From Minisyncoccia bacterium (GTDB taxonomy: Bacteria; Patescibacteriota; Minisyncoccia; Phycocordibacterales; UBA9973): a stretch of 64,000 bases of DNA. Within the stretch, counting starts at the first letter, position 1. Each line of letters begins with the position of its first letter. Where the stretch lies: positions 1,533 to 65,532 of the forward strand of contig JBGSSJ010000014.1 in assembly GCA_041737125.1 (NCBI GenBank), given 5' to 3'. Of the stretch, positions 1 to 8,254 are shown one piece after another. The translations under genes were made by a program, and so were the position numbers. The notes beneath the pieces were generated by a model, which was not told the DNA's origin, ran no database searches, and saw only the letters and a list, made by a program, of their open reading frames with translations.

Positions 1-48
1 GAGATGGCTATGCCAATACATGTATCAAATGTTGCTAAAAAAGATTAA
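1..48 (+). CDS. 3' end of a ribosomal protein gene (probably L24, rplX), truncated by the window edge
   Basis: In-frame ...EMAMPIHVSNVAKKD* ending at TAA 46-48, immediately upstream of rplE as in the spc operon order. The assignment rests on position only. Confidence 0.3.
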   Translation, partial: EMAMPIHVSNVAKKD

Positions 49-80
49 CCAGCCTGCCGGTAGGCAAGTTTAAATAATAT

Positions 81-620
81 ATGGAAACAGTAAAACAAAA
101 AGAGAAGAAATCATACGCAGTACTAAAGCCAAAATATGGTTACAAGAGTACTATGGCTGCACCTCACCTTGTGAAGGTTGTGGTAGCTTGTGGTACAGGC
201 TCAGGGATTAAGCGTGATAAGGATCGTAACAAGTTCGTCATGGAGCGCTTGGCGAAGATTACAGGTCAGAAGCCTGCGACTCGTGGAGCGAAGAAGTCCA
301 TCGCGTCATTCAAGGTCCGCCTAGGTGACCCGATCGGTGTCATGGTTACACTACGTGGTGCACGTATGTATGGATTCCTAGATAAGCTTATAAACGTAGC
401 TATCCCTCGTACGAAAGACTTCCGTGGTATTGAAAGGAAAATTGTGGATAATATCGGTAACCTAACTATGAGTATCAAGGAGCACACTATCTTCCCAGAA
501 ACAGGAGATGAAGATATCAAAGACATCTTCGGCCTAGCAGTTACAATCGTAACTACAGCAAAGACCAAAGCAGAAGCTACAGAGTTCTTCGAACTCATAG
601 GTGTTCCGTTCAAGAAATAA
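81..620 (+). CDS. rplE: 50S ribosomal protein L5
   Basis: 179 aa; conserved L5 motifs (KPKYGYKSTMAAPHL..., GVMVTLRG, RDFRG); expected position in the spc operon. Confidence 0.9.
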   Translation: METVKQKEKKSYAVLKPKYGYKSTMAAPHLVKVVVACGTGSGIKRDKDRNKFVMERLAKITGQKPATRGAKKSIASFKVRLGDPIGVMVTLRGARMYGFLDKLINVAIPRTKDFRGIERKIVDNIGNLTMSIKEHTIFPETGDEDIKDIFGLAVTIVTTAKTKAEATEFFELIGVPFKK

Positions 621-670
621 AACACTTTTCTTGTTGTTTACAATAATTTTTCTATTTGTAATAAAATTTT

Positions 671-1120
671 ATGGAGCAAAATACGAAAGTTAACCAAAAG
701 AGAAAAGTTATATTATCTTTTCTGGGTATCGTAATACTTTTAACGGCTATTAATTCTCTACTTACTCTGACGCTAGTTTCACTAGGTAGTTTAGCGTTGA
801 TGATAATTATATTTTATTGGGTTAACAAAAACACAATCCAAGGCTATCAAACAGCTAGAATATGGTCTATCTCATTCTTTTTTCTTGTTATATTAAATGG
901 GGGATACAAATCAATAAATAAGATGGATGTAGTAGATTTAGTATTGTATCTAACATTCACTTCTATGATGATTACAGTAGTGCTTTTGATAAATTCTATA
1001 TGTAAAAGTTTTGAATCTAAGGATAAACAAATTAAAGCTCCCAAAACAAGACCGGTATTTATCTATATTTTACTCGCAATACTTATAATTCCAGTCATTA
1101 TCGGGTATCTCTTTTTTTAA
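671..1120 (+). CDS. Hypothetical polytopic membrane protein inserted between rplE and rpsN
   Basis: 149-aa ORF with about four hydrophobic helices; no recognisable family; codon usage matches its neighbours. Confidence 0.5.
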   Translation: MEQNTKVNQKRKVILSFLGIVILLTAINSLLTLTLVSLGSLALMIIIFYWVNKNTIQGYQTARIWSISFFFLVILNGGYKSINKMDVVDLVLYLTFTSMMITVVLLINSICKSFESKDKQIKAPKTRPVFIYILLAILIIPVIIGYLFF

Positions 1121-1257
1121 TTTGACTTTAAAATATCTATCTGCTAGTATGGGGGAAGTTCGGTATTGAGGTGATCTGTGTTTCTCCTTAAGGTTTATCT
1201 ATAAGCTTTAAGAAATAACACATGATATCACTCGATTAAGAACACTATTTTTTATAT

Positions 1258-1443
1258 ATGGCAAAAACATCCGTTTTAGCAAGACATTTAAAGAAGTCAA
1301 AGTTCAAATCACGAGAAACAAATCGTTGTTTTCGCTGTGGAAGAGGTCATGCATACATGAGAGATTTCGGACTATGTCGTATCTGCTTCCGTGAGCTTGC
1401 CAATGAAGGTATGCTTCCAGGTGTTCGTAAGTCTTCTTGGTAA
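1258..1443 (+). CDS. rpsN: 30S ribosomal protein S14, Zn-binding type Z
   Basis: 61 aa; CxxC...CxxC ([25 protein letters not shown]) is the short type-Z S14 signature. Confidence 0.9.
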   Translation: MAKTSVLARHLKKSKFKSRETNRCFRCGRGHAYMRDFGLCRICFRELANEGMLPGVRKSSW

Positions 1444-1481
1444 ATCGTAATTCTTAATTAGTAATTCGTAATTATTTTCAA

Positions 1482-1868
1482 ATGGATCAAATAGCAAACA
1501 TGATAAATATGATAAAGAACGGCAGTCGTGCAGAGCACGAGTTTGTCACTGTTCCTTATTCTAAAATCAAGAATTCTGTAGCAGAATGCCTAGTCAAAGA
1601 AGGCTTCCTTGCTTCAGCTACAAAGAAGACAAAGAAAGGCTTCCCAATACTTGAACTTGGTCTTATGTACGTAGATGGAGCTCCGAAAGTTACTGGTGTT
1701 GAGCGTGTTTCTAAGTCTTCTCGCCGTGTATACAAAGGAGTTAGTGGTCTAAAGCCAGCACGTAGTGGATTCGGTCTTACTGTACTTACTACACCGAAAG
1801 GAATCCTTACAGACAAAGAAGCAAAGAAAGGAATGGTCGGAGGAGAAGTTTTATTCAAACTTTGGTAA
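1482..1868 (+). CDS. rpsH: 30S ribosomal protein S8
   Basis: 128 aa; S8-like termini (MDQIANMINMIKNG... / ...GGEVLFKLW); operon position. Confidence 0.9.
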   Translation: MDQIANMINMIKNGSRAEHEFVTVPYSKIKNSVAECLVKEGFLASATKKTKKGFPILELGLMYVDGAPKVTGVERVSKSSRRVYKGVSGLKPARSGFGLTVLTTPKGILTDKEAKKGMVGGEVLFKLW

Positions 1869-1885
1869 TTCGATAATATAATTTT

Positions 1886-2425
1886 ATGTCAAGAATAGGA
1901 AAACAAATCGTAATAATCCCAGCCGGTACAGAAGCAAAGCTTTCTGGAACTGTCTTCTCTGTTAAAGGCCCAAAGGGTACTCTTACTCGTGACTTCCCAG
2001 GACATGTATCTATAAACATCAACGGTAATGAAATCACATTCGTCAAAGGCGGTAAAGAAGGCGACAAGAAGGTAAATGCTCTATGGGGTGCTTATGCTTC
2101 ACATGTGAAGAACATGGTAGATGGAGTAAATACTGGATATACTAAAGTTCTTATTCTAGAAGGAGTCGGATTCAAATCAGACGTAGCAGGCAGTGTACTT
2201 AATCTTGCTCTAGGTTTCTCTCACCCAGTCAAAGTAAATATACCAGCAGGAATAGAAGTAAAAGCAGAGAAGAACAACGTGACTATTTCAGGTATAGACA
2301 AAGAGTTAGTTGGATCATTCGCAGCATCAATACGAGCTATGAAGAAGCCAGAACCATATAAAGGTAAAGGTTTCCGTTACTCTGATGAAGTTATCCGTCG
2401 TAAACAAGGTAAGAAAGCAGCGTAA
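1886..2425 (+). CDS. rplF: 50S ribosomal protein L6
   Basis: 179 aa; MSRIGKQIVIIPAGTE... with the duplicated L6 domain; operon position. Confidence 0.9.
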   Translation: MSRIGKQIVIIPAGTEAKLSGTVFSVKGPKGTLTRDFPGHVSININGNEITFVKGGKEGDKKVNALWGAYASHVKNMVDGVNTGYTKVLILEGVGFKSDVAGSVLNLALGFSHPVKVNIPAGIEVKAEKNNVTISGIDKELVGSFAASIRAMKKPEPYKGKGFRYSDEVIRRKQGKKAA

Positions 2426-2442
2426 GATAATTACAAAAATTT

Positions 2443-2784
2443 ATGAACAAGAAATTAGAAAAAAGATTAAGATTAAAGAAAAAGATTCGTACCAAAATTT
2501 CTGGTACAGCTTCTTCTCCACGTCTTTCAATATTCAGATCAAATCAATACATCTATGCGCAAGTTATCGATGATACTACAGGTAAAACTGTTGTTTCAGC
2601 ATCTGACATGGCCTCCGACCGCGGTACAAAGACAGAGCGTGCTATATCAGTAGGTGCTGAAGTAGCAAAGCAAGCGAAAGAAAAAGGTATATCTTCTGTA
2701 GTTTTTGATCGCAATGGATTTAAATATACTGGTCGCATTAAAGCACTTGCAGATTCTGCTCGTAATAGTGGTCTAAAGTTCTAA
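2443..2784 (+). CDS. rplR: 50S ribosomal protein L18
   Basis: 113 aa; [18 protein letters not shown]...GKT and C-terminal [17 protein letters not shown] are L18 motifs. Confidence 0.85.
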   Translation: MNKKLEKRLRLKKKIRTKISGTASSPRLSIFRSNQYIYAQVIDDTTGKTVVSASDMASDRGTKTERAISVGAEVAKQAKEKGISSVVFDRNGFKYTGRIKALADSARNSGLKF

Positions 2785-2788
2785 TTAT

Positions 2789-3427
2789 ATGGATACAACA
2801 AAGAAAACAACACAAAATAAAGGTACAACACGACCATCAACTGGGGCTCCTCGCCGTGAAGGTGGTGACCGCAAGCCTCGTGCACACTTCGAGCGTCCAA
2901 AGCCAGAGTTTGATCAGAAGATGGTTTCTATTCGTCGCGTTACTCGTGTGGTAGCTGGAGGACGCCGTATGACATTTGCAGTTGCTATTGCTATTGGTGA
3001 TAAGAAAGGCTCAGTTGGACTTGGTACTGGAAAGGGAGGCGACACAGCAGTTGCTATCGCGAAAGCTCTTCGCCAAGCGAAGAAGAACATGTTCAAGATT
3101 AAAACTACAAAAGAAATGTCTATTCCTCATGCAGTAGCTGCGAAGTATTCTAGCGCAAGACTCTCAATAATGCCGAACCGGGGCAAAGGTCTCGTAGCAG
3201 GTAGTACTGTCCGCGACATGTTAATACTAGCAGGTATCAAGAATGTGACAGCGAAGCTTCACTCAGGCACAAAGAATAAGCTAAACAATGCACGCTGTGC
3301 ATATGCGACACTTTATCAATTACGTGCAAAAGCTGCTCTACCAAAAGTAGCAGAAATACTTGCTGAAACAGAAGCCATCGATAAAGAAATATCAAATGCT
3401 GATGTAGTAGTAGAAGTATTAAAATAA
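2789..3427 (+). CDS. rpsE: 30S ribosomal protein S5 with a basic N-terminal extension
   Basis: 212 aa; S5 dsRBD and C-terminal domain (VSIRRVTRVVAGGRRMTFAV..., GKGLVAGSTVRDMLILAGIKNV). Confidence 0.9.
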   Translation: MDTTKKTTQNKGTTRPSTGAPRREGGDRKPRAHFERPKPEFDQKMVSIRRVTRVVAGGRRMTFAVAIAIGDKKGSVGLGTGKGGDTAVAIAKALRQAKKNMFKIKTTKEMSIPHAVAAKYSSARLSIMPNRGKGLVAGSTVRDMLILAGIKNVTAKLHSGTKNKLNNARCAYATLYQLRAKAALPKVAEILAETEAIDKEISNADVVVEVLK

Positions 3428-3431
3428 TTTT

Positions 3432-3860
3432 ATGCAATTAAACACATTAAAAAGAGAAAATCCAAATAAGAAAGCTCGCCAAGTAGGCCGTGGTGGTACA
3501 CGTGGTAAGCAATCAGGCCGTGGAGGTAAAGGGCAGACAGCTCGTGCTGGTAATAAGCGTCGTCCACAAATGCGTGATATAATCAAGAAGCTTCCAAAGC
3601 TTCGCGGATATCGCTTTAATTCAGCTTCAAAGAAGAACTCTCCTGTGAACTTGAATGCACTCAATGTATTCGAGAAAGGCGCAGAAGTAAACCCAGAATC
3701 ACTATTCAAAGCTGGTATCGTTCGTAAAGTTGGAGGAGTCTATCCTCACATGAAGATCCTAGGAACTGGAGATGTTAAAGTTGCTTTATCTATCTCTATG
3801 TGTGTAGTTTCTAAGTCAGCGAAAGAGAAGATCGAGAAAGCAGGCGGAACGGTTAAGTAA
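3432..3860 (+). CDS. rplO: 50S ribosomal protein L15. No L30 gene lies between rpsE and rplO.
   Basis: 142 aa; Gly/Arg-rich N-terminus (GRGGTRGKQSGRGGKGQTARAG) and L15 C-terminal domain; the rpsE stop at 3427 and rplO start at 3432 leave no room for rpmD. Confidence 0.85.
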   Translation: MQLNTLKRENPNKKARQVGRGGTRGKQSGRGGKGQTARAGNKRRPQMRDIIKKLPKLRGYRFNSASKKNSPVNLNALNVFEKGAEVNPESLFKAGIVRKVGGVYPHMKILGTGDVKVALSISMCVVSKSAKEKIEKAGGTVK

Positions 3861-3935
3861 TCAAGTTGAAAGTATAAAGTTATAAAGCACGAAACTTTAA
3901 AAACTTGAAACTTTAAAAACTTTATAACTCATTAC

Positions 3936-5207
3936 ATGGAAACTATTTGGAACAAACTAAAAATGATATTTACAGACAGAACATTGCGTTCTCGCATTTT
4001 GTTCGTACTTGCTGCCCTTATCGTATTCCGCTTACTCTCTACTATTCCTATCCCAGGTATCGATCCACTGAAGCTACAAGCATTCCTTGCTAATAACCAA
4101 TTCTTCGGAGTCCTAAACCTATTCTCTGGTGGAGGATTATCTAACCTTTCTATATTAATGCTCGGAGTTGGACCATATATTACTGGTTCTATTATAATGC
4201 AGCTTCTGACTATCATGTCTCCAAGACTAAAGGCTATGTATCAAGAAGATGGAGAAATAGGCAGGAAGAAATTCACTCAATACGGTAGAATGCTTACAGT
4301 TCCACTTGCTATTATCCAAGGCCTAGGACTTATGGTTCTACTACAAAGACAAGGTATTATTGCAGACCTTACACTATTTGAGACTATCGCGAATCTTTCA
4401 GTTATAGTTGCGGGTTCACTCCTTATAATGTGGATCGGTGAGCTTATATCTGAATTCGGTATTGGTAACGGTGTATCACTTATCATCTTTGCTGGTATCG
4501 TGGTTAACCTACCTACATCAGTAGCTCAGTTCCTACTTACTTTTGATATAGCAAACTTGCCACTTTATCTATTGTTCTTGGCTGTTGGTGTAGTTATTAT
4601 CGGTGGTGTAGTAGTAGTGAGTGAAGCAGAGCGCCCAATACCAGTAACATATGCCAAGCAGATGCGAGGCGATAGGGTTGCGGGTGGTACTCAGACTTAT
4701 CTTCCACTTCGTGTGAACCAAGCTGGAGTTATCCCTATAATCTTCGCACTTTCTATACTTATGTTCCCTCAGCTTATCGGTAACTTCTTTGCAAATCATT
4801 CAAACGCCATACTAGCAGCTATTTCCAAAGGAATGCTTTGGTTCGTAGCGAATACTTGGGTTTACTCATTATTCTACTTTATCCTTGTATTCTTATTTAC
4901 TTACTTCTACACTGCTGTAACTTTCGATCCTGATCAGCTATCGACCAATCTACAGAAGAACGGAGCTTTCGTACCAGGTATTCGTCCAGGTCCGGCTACT
5001 CGTGAATATGTGTCAAAGATTGTTACTCGTATAACGCTCGTCGGTGCAATATTCCTTGGCCTTATTGCAGTACTCCCTCTGATTATTCAATCGCTTACTG
5101 GTATAACAGCTTTTGCTATCGGTGGTACAGCTCTTCTAATCGTTGTTTCTGTTGTCCTTGATTTAATAAAGAAAGTGGAAGCGCAATTATCAATGAGAGA
5201 ATATTAA
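3936..5207 (+). CDS. secY: Preprotein translocase subunit SecY
   Basis: 423 aa, ten TM helices, conserved SecY motifs (GIDPLKLQ, LFSGGGLSNLSILMLGVGPYITGSIIMQLL). Confidence 0.95.
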   Translation: METIWNKLKMIFTDRTLRSRILFVLAALIVFRLLSTIPIPGIDPLKLQAFLANNQFFGVLNLFSGGGLSNLSILMLGVGPYITGSIIMQLLTIMSPRLKAMYQEDGEIGRKKFTQYGRMLTVPLAIIQGLGLMVLLQRQGIIADLTLFETIANLSVIVAGSLLIMWIGELISEFGIGNGVSLIIFAGIVVNLPTSVAQFLLTFDIANLPLYLLFLAVGVVIIGGVVVVSEAERPIPVTYAKQMRGDRVAGGTQTYLPLRVNQAGVIPIIFALSILMFPQLIGNFFANHSNAILAAISKGMLWFVANTWVYSLFYFILVFLFTYFYTAVTFDPDQLSTNLQKNGAFVPGIRPGPATREYVSKIVTRITLVGAIFLGLIAVLPLIIQSLTGITAFAIGGTALLIVVSVVLDLIKKVEAQLSMREY

Positions 5208-5231
5208 AAAAGACCTTAAATAGGTCTTTTT
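5205..5231 (+). terminator. Rho-independent terminator after secY
   Basis: aaaaaagacc-ttaaata-ggtctttttt hairpin followed by a T-run. Confidence 0.6.
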
Positions 5232-5237
5232 TAATGT

Positions 5238-5855
5238 ATGAGTAATTTAGTATATAATAACAATATGAAACCTTATACATTTATGTTTTTTGGAATAGTG
5301 GGCTCAGGTAAAGGAACTCAGGTTAAACTTCTGCAAGATTATTTGAAAGAGAAAAGTTTAGCTGAAGATGTATTATCTACTTCTACGGGAGTAGAGTATC
5401 GTAAGCTTATAGATAGTGGTAACTATACAGGTCAAATTGTAAAAGTTAGCTTAGAGAAAGGCAACTTACAACCTAATTTCCTAACAATTAGTTTGTTTAC
5501 AAATATCCTAACTGCAAATATGCAAGAAAATACATCTTTTATCGCAGATGGTTTCCCTCGAACAATTATACAATCTGAAGCATTCGAAAGCGCTATGCAA
5601 TTCTATGGGAGAGATACCGTTCATGTCATTTATATTGAGCTTGGTAAAGAAGAGGCAACTAAACGTATGAAATTAAGAGCAAGAGCTGATGATACAGATG
5701 AAGGTATCTCTAAAAGATTTGATGAATATATAAACAACGTCATTCCAGCGATGAATTACTTTAAAGACAAAGCAGGCTACACTATACATACCATAAATGG
5801 TGATCAATCCATCGAAGATGTACAGAAGGATATAATTAAAGCTCTAAATTTATAA
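5238..5855 (+). CDS. adk: Adenylate kinase; the true start may be the internal Met near 5265
   Basis: P-loop GIVGSGKGTQ, NMP-binding DGFPRTIIQSEAF, LID/C-terminal ...DDTDEGISKRFDEY; operon position after secY. Confidence 0.8.
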   Translation: MSNLVYNNNMKPYTFMFFGIVGSGKGTQVKLLQDYLKEKSLAEDVLSTSTGVEYRKLIDSGNYTGQIVKVSLEKGNLQPNFLTISLFTNILTANMQENTSFIADGFPRTIIQSEAFESAMQFYGRDTVHVIYIELGKEEATKRMKLRARADDTDEGISKRFDEYINNVIPAMNYFKDKAGYTIHTINGDQSIEDVQKDIIKALNL

Positions 5856-6541
5856 TGCATAAAAACGAACACATTGTTATATCGCTAGGTGGATCTCTTG
5901 TTGTGCCTGATCAGATAGATACAGGCTTCCTAAAATCTTTTATTGAAACTATAAAAGAATATGTAAATAAAGGATTCTACTTTCTTATTATTACTGGTGG
6001 AGGAAGAACAGCTCGCAACTATACAATTGCAGCCAAGGAGATAAGTAATCCAACGAATGAAGACTTAGATTGGATAGGCATAGAGACCACTCGCATAAAT
6101 GCAGAGTTCGTACGTGTGTGCTTCGGTGATATCGCTTATTCAGAAATCATTTTGAACCCAGAATCAATCCCAGAGACTGATAAGCACGTCATACTTGGGG
6201 GTGGATGGAAGCCAGGCAACTCGAGCGACCTTGCTGCTGTTGTATGTGCCGAGACAGTAGGAGCGCATAAGATTATAAACCTTTCTAATATTGATTATGT
6301 ATACACAGCAGACCCTCGCCATAATAGTGATGCAGTGAAGATAGAGCATTCTTCTTGGAGTGATTTGCGGGCACTACTACCGAAAGAATGGGACCCAGGT
6401 CTAAACAGTCCTTTTGACCCAATAGCAGCCGAGAAGGCCGAATCCTTAGGCCTTGAAGTAGTAGTTATGAATGGTAAGAACATAGAGAATTTGAAGAACT
6501 ACTTAGATGGCAAAGAATTCGCAGGGACTGTTATTCGCTAA
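5855..6541 (+). CDS. pyrH: UMP kinase, archaeal-type short form
   Basis: 228 aa; ISLGGSLVVP, ITGGGRTARNY, IGIETTRINA, LGGGWKPGNSSDLAAVVCAE, NIDYVYTADPRHN track archaeal UMPK closely; the start overlaps the adk stop (TAATG). Confidence 0.75.
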   Translation: MHKNEHIVISLGGSLVVPDQIDTGFLKSFIETIKEYVNKGFYFLIITGGGRTARNYTIAAKEISNPTNEDLDWIGIETTRINAEFVRVCFGDIAYSEIILNPESIPETDKHVILGGGWKPGNSSDLAAVVCAETVGAHKIINLSNIDYVYTADPRHNSDAVKIEHSSWSDLRALLPKEWDPGLNSPFDPIAAEKAESLGLEVVVMNGKNIENLKNYLDGKEFAGTVIR

Positions 6542-6564
6542 ATTCTTAGGGTACAATACTATAT

Positions 6565-8247
6565 ATGTCCGAGAATCGTATATGTCAGAATTGTAAGAAC
6601 GAATTCAGTATTGAGGCTGATGACTTTTCTTTCTATGAAAAGATGCAAGTTCCACCACCGACATTCTGTTCACAGTGTCGTATGGTTCGTAGGTTAGTTT
6701 TCCGTAATGAAAGAAGATTATTTAAAGTAAATAATGCTTTTACTGGGGAGAAGATATTCTCTCTATATCCAGAGCAGTCAGGAATGAAGGTCGTCACACA
6801 GGATGAGTGGTTCGGTGATTCTTGGGACCCGAAAGAATATGCTTGTGATTACGATTTCTCAGTAAATTGCTTCCAACAGCTTTTTGATCTGGACAAAAAG
6901 GTTCCTATTTATGGGCTTAATGTAAGGGGGATGATTCAGAGTGATTACTGTGCTAATGCTTCATATCTGAAAGATTGCTACTTACTGTTCAACTCAAATA
7001 CTTCCGAGAACTGTTTATATGGTAATTCTGTCGATACTTCTCGAGATTGTGTAGACAACTCACATATAGCAAAATCTGAGCGTTGCTATGAATCATTCTG
7101 GTTAAATAATTGTTATCAATGTTATTACACTATTATGTGTGTGGACTCAAGGAATATGTGGTTTTCTAGAGACTGTCTTGATTGCAGTAATTGCTTTGGT
7201 TGTACAAATCTAAGGAAAGCCTCGTATTGTATTTTCAACCAGCAATATACAAAAGAAGAATATTTAAATGAATTAAATTTAAATACTAGAAGTGGTATAG
7301 AAGAAGCAAATAAGGTCTGTATGGACTTTTGGAAGACACAACCTAATAAATTACACCAGGGTCTAATGAATACTAATTCTAATGGTGCTTATGTTTCTAA
7401 TTGCAAGAATGTCCTAGATTCATATTTAGTACGTGATAGTGAAGATATGCGCTACTGCCAATATATGCTTGTTGGCGGTAATAAGGACTGCATGGATGCC
7501 TGCGTTTGGGGACAGAAAACTGAACTCTCATACGAGACAGTGACTTGTGGTGAGAACTCTTATAATCTCAAATTCTGTTTTGACTGTTGGCCAAACGTTC
7601 GAGATTGTGAATATTCTCTACATCTGAAATCATCATCGGACTGTTTTGCTTGCGTTGGTTTAAAGAATGCACAGTACTGTATTTTGAATAAACAGTATAC
7701 GAAAGATGAATATTTTGAAATGGTAGAGAAGATAAAGAAACATATGGATGAAATGCCTTATATAGATAAAAAAGGAAGAGTATATAAATATGGGGAATTC
7801 TTTCCAATTGAATTATCTGCTTTTGGTTACAACAATACAGCAGCAAAAGACCAAGCACCGATTAATAAAGAAGAAGTGGAAGAAAATAATTATCCATGGA
7901 TAGAAGTTGATCGTGGTAACTATGATATAACACTTGATGGTAATGATATTCCAGATAATATAAATGATGTAAAGGATAGTATCTTAAATGAAGTTATAAG
8001 ATGTACGAATTGTGGATATGCACACCGTATCGTTCCCGGTGAATTGAATTTCTTAAGGAAAGAATCCTTACCTGTCCCTACTATTTGTTATGAATGCCGT
8101 CATTCTAGAAGGATTGAGAACAGGTTGAGAAATAATCTATATAATAGGAATTGTTCAAAATGCGATATTGCTATAAGTACACCTTTTCCACCAGAGAATG
8201 GAGATATAGTTTATTGTGAAAAGTGTTATCAACAAGAGGTGATATAA
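6565..8247 (+). CDS. Cys-rich repeat protein, paralog 1 of 4, with N- and C-terminal zinc-ribbon 'bookends'
   Basis: 560 aa. N-terminus CQNCKNEFSIEADDFSFYEKMQVPPPTFCSQCRMVRRL; two internal Cys-repeat modules each ending C.GCxxLxxAxYCI.N.QYTK.EY; C-terminus CTNCGY...ELNFLRKESLPVPTICYECRHSRR...VYCEKCYQQEVI. No signal peptide or TM helix. Confidence 0.6.
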   Translation: MSENRICQNCKNEFSIEADDFSFYEKMQVPPPTFCSQCRMVRRLVFRNERRLFKVNNAFTGEKIFSLYPEQSGMKVVTQDEWFGDSWDPKEYACDYDFSVNCFQQLFDLDKKVPIYGLNVRGMIQSDYCANASYLKDCYLLFNSNTSENCLYGNSVDTSRDCVDNSHIAKSERCYESFWLNNCYQCYYTIMCVDSRNMWFSRDCLDCSNCFGCTNLRKASYCIFNQQYTKEEYLNELNLNTRSGIEEANKVCMDFWKTQPNKLHQGLMNTNSNGAYVSNCKNVLDSYLVRDSEDMRYCQYMLVGGNKDCMDACVWGQKTELSYETVTCGENSYNLKFCFDCWPNVRDCEYSLHLKSSSDCFACVGLKNAQYCILNKQYTKDEYFEMVEKIKKHMDEMPYIDKKGRVYKYGEFFPIELSAFGYNNTAAKDQAPINKEEVEENNYPWIEVDRGNYDITLDGNDIPDNINDVKDSILNEVIRCTNCGYAHRIVPGELNFLRKESLPVPTICYECRHSRRIENRLRNNLYNRNCSKCDIAISTPFPPENGDIVYCEKCYQQEVI

Positions 8248-8254
8248 TAAAAGC

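Noticed and set aside
5855-6541. Alternative call of the pyrH ORF as isopentenyl phosphate kinase or another amino-acid-kinase-family enzyme
   Set aside because: The motif-by-motif match to archaeal UMP kinase (GGG..AR.Y, IGI..TR.NA, GG..PG..SD, NVDGVYTADP-like) and its position beside adk favour UMPK.
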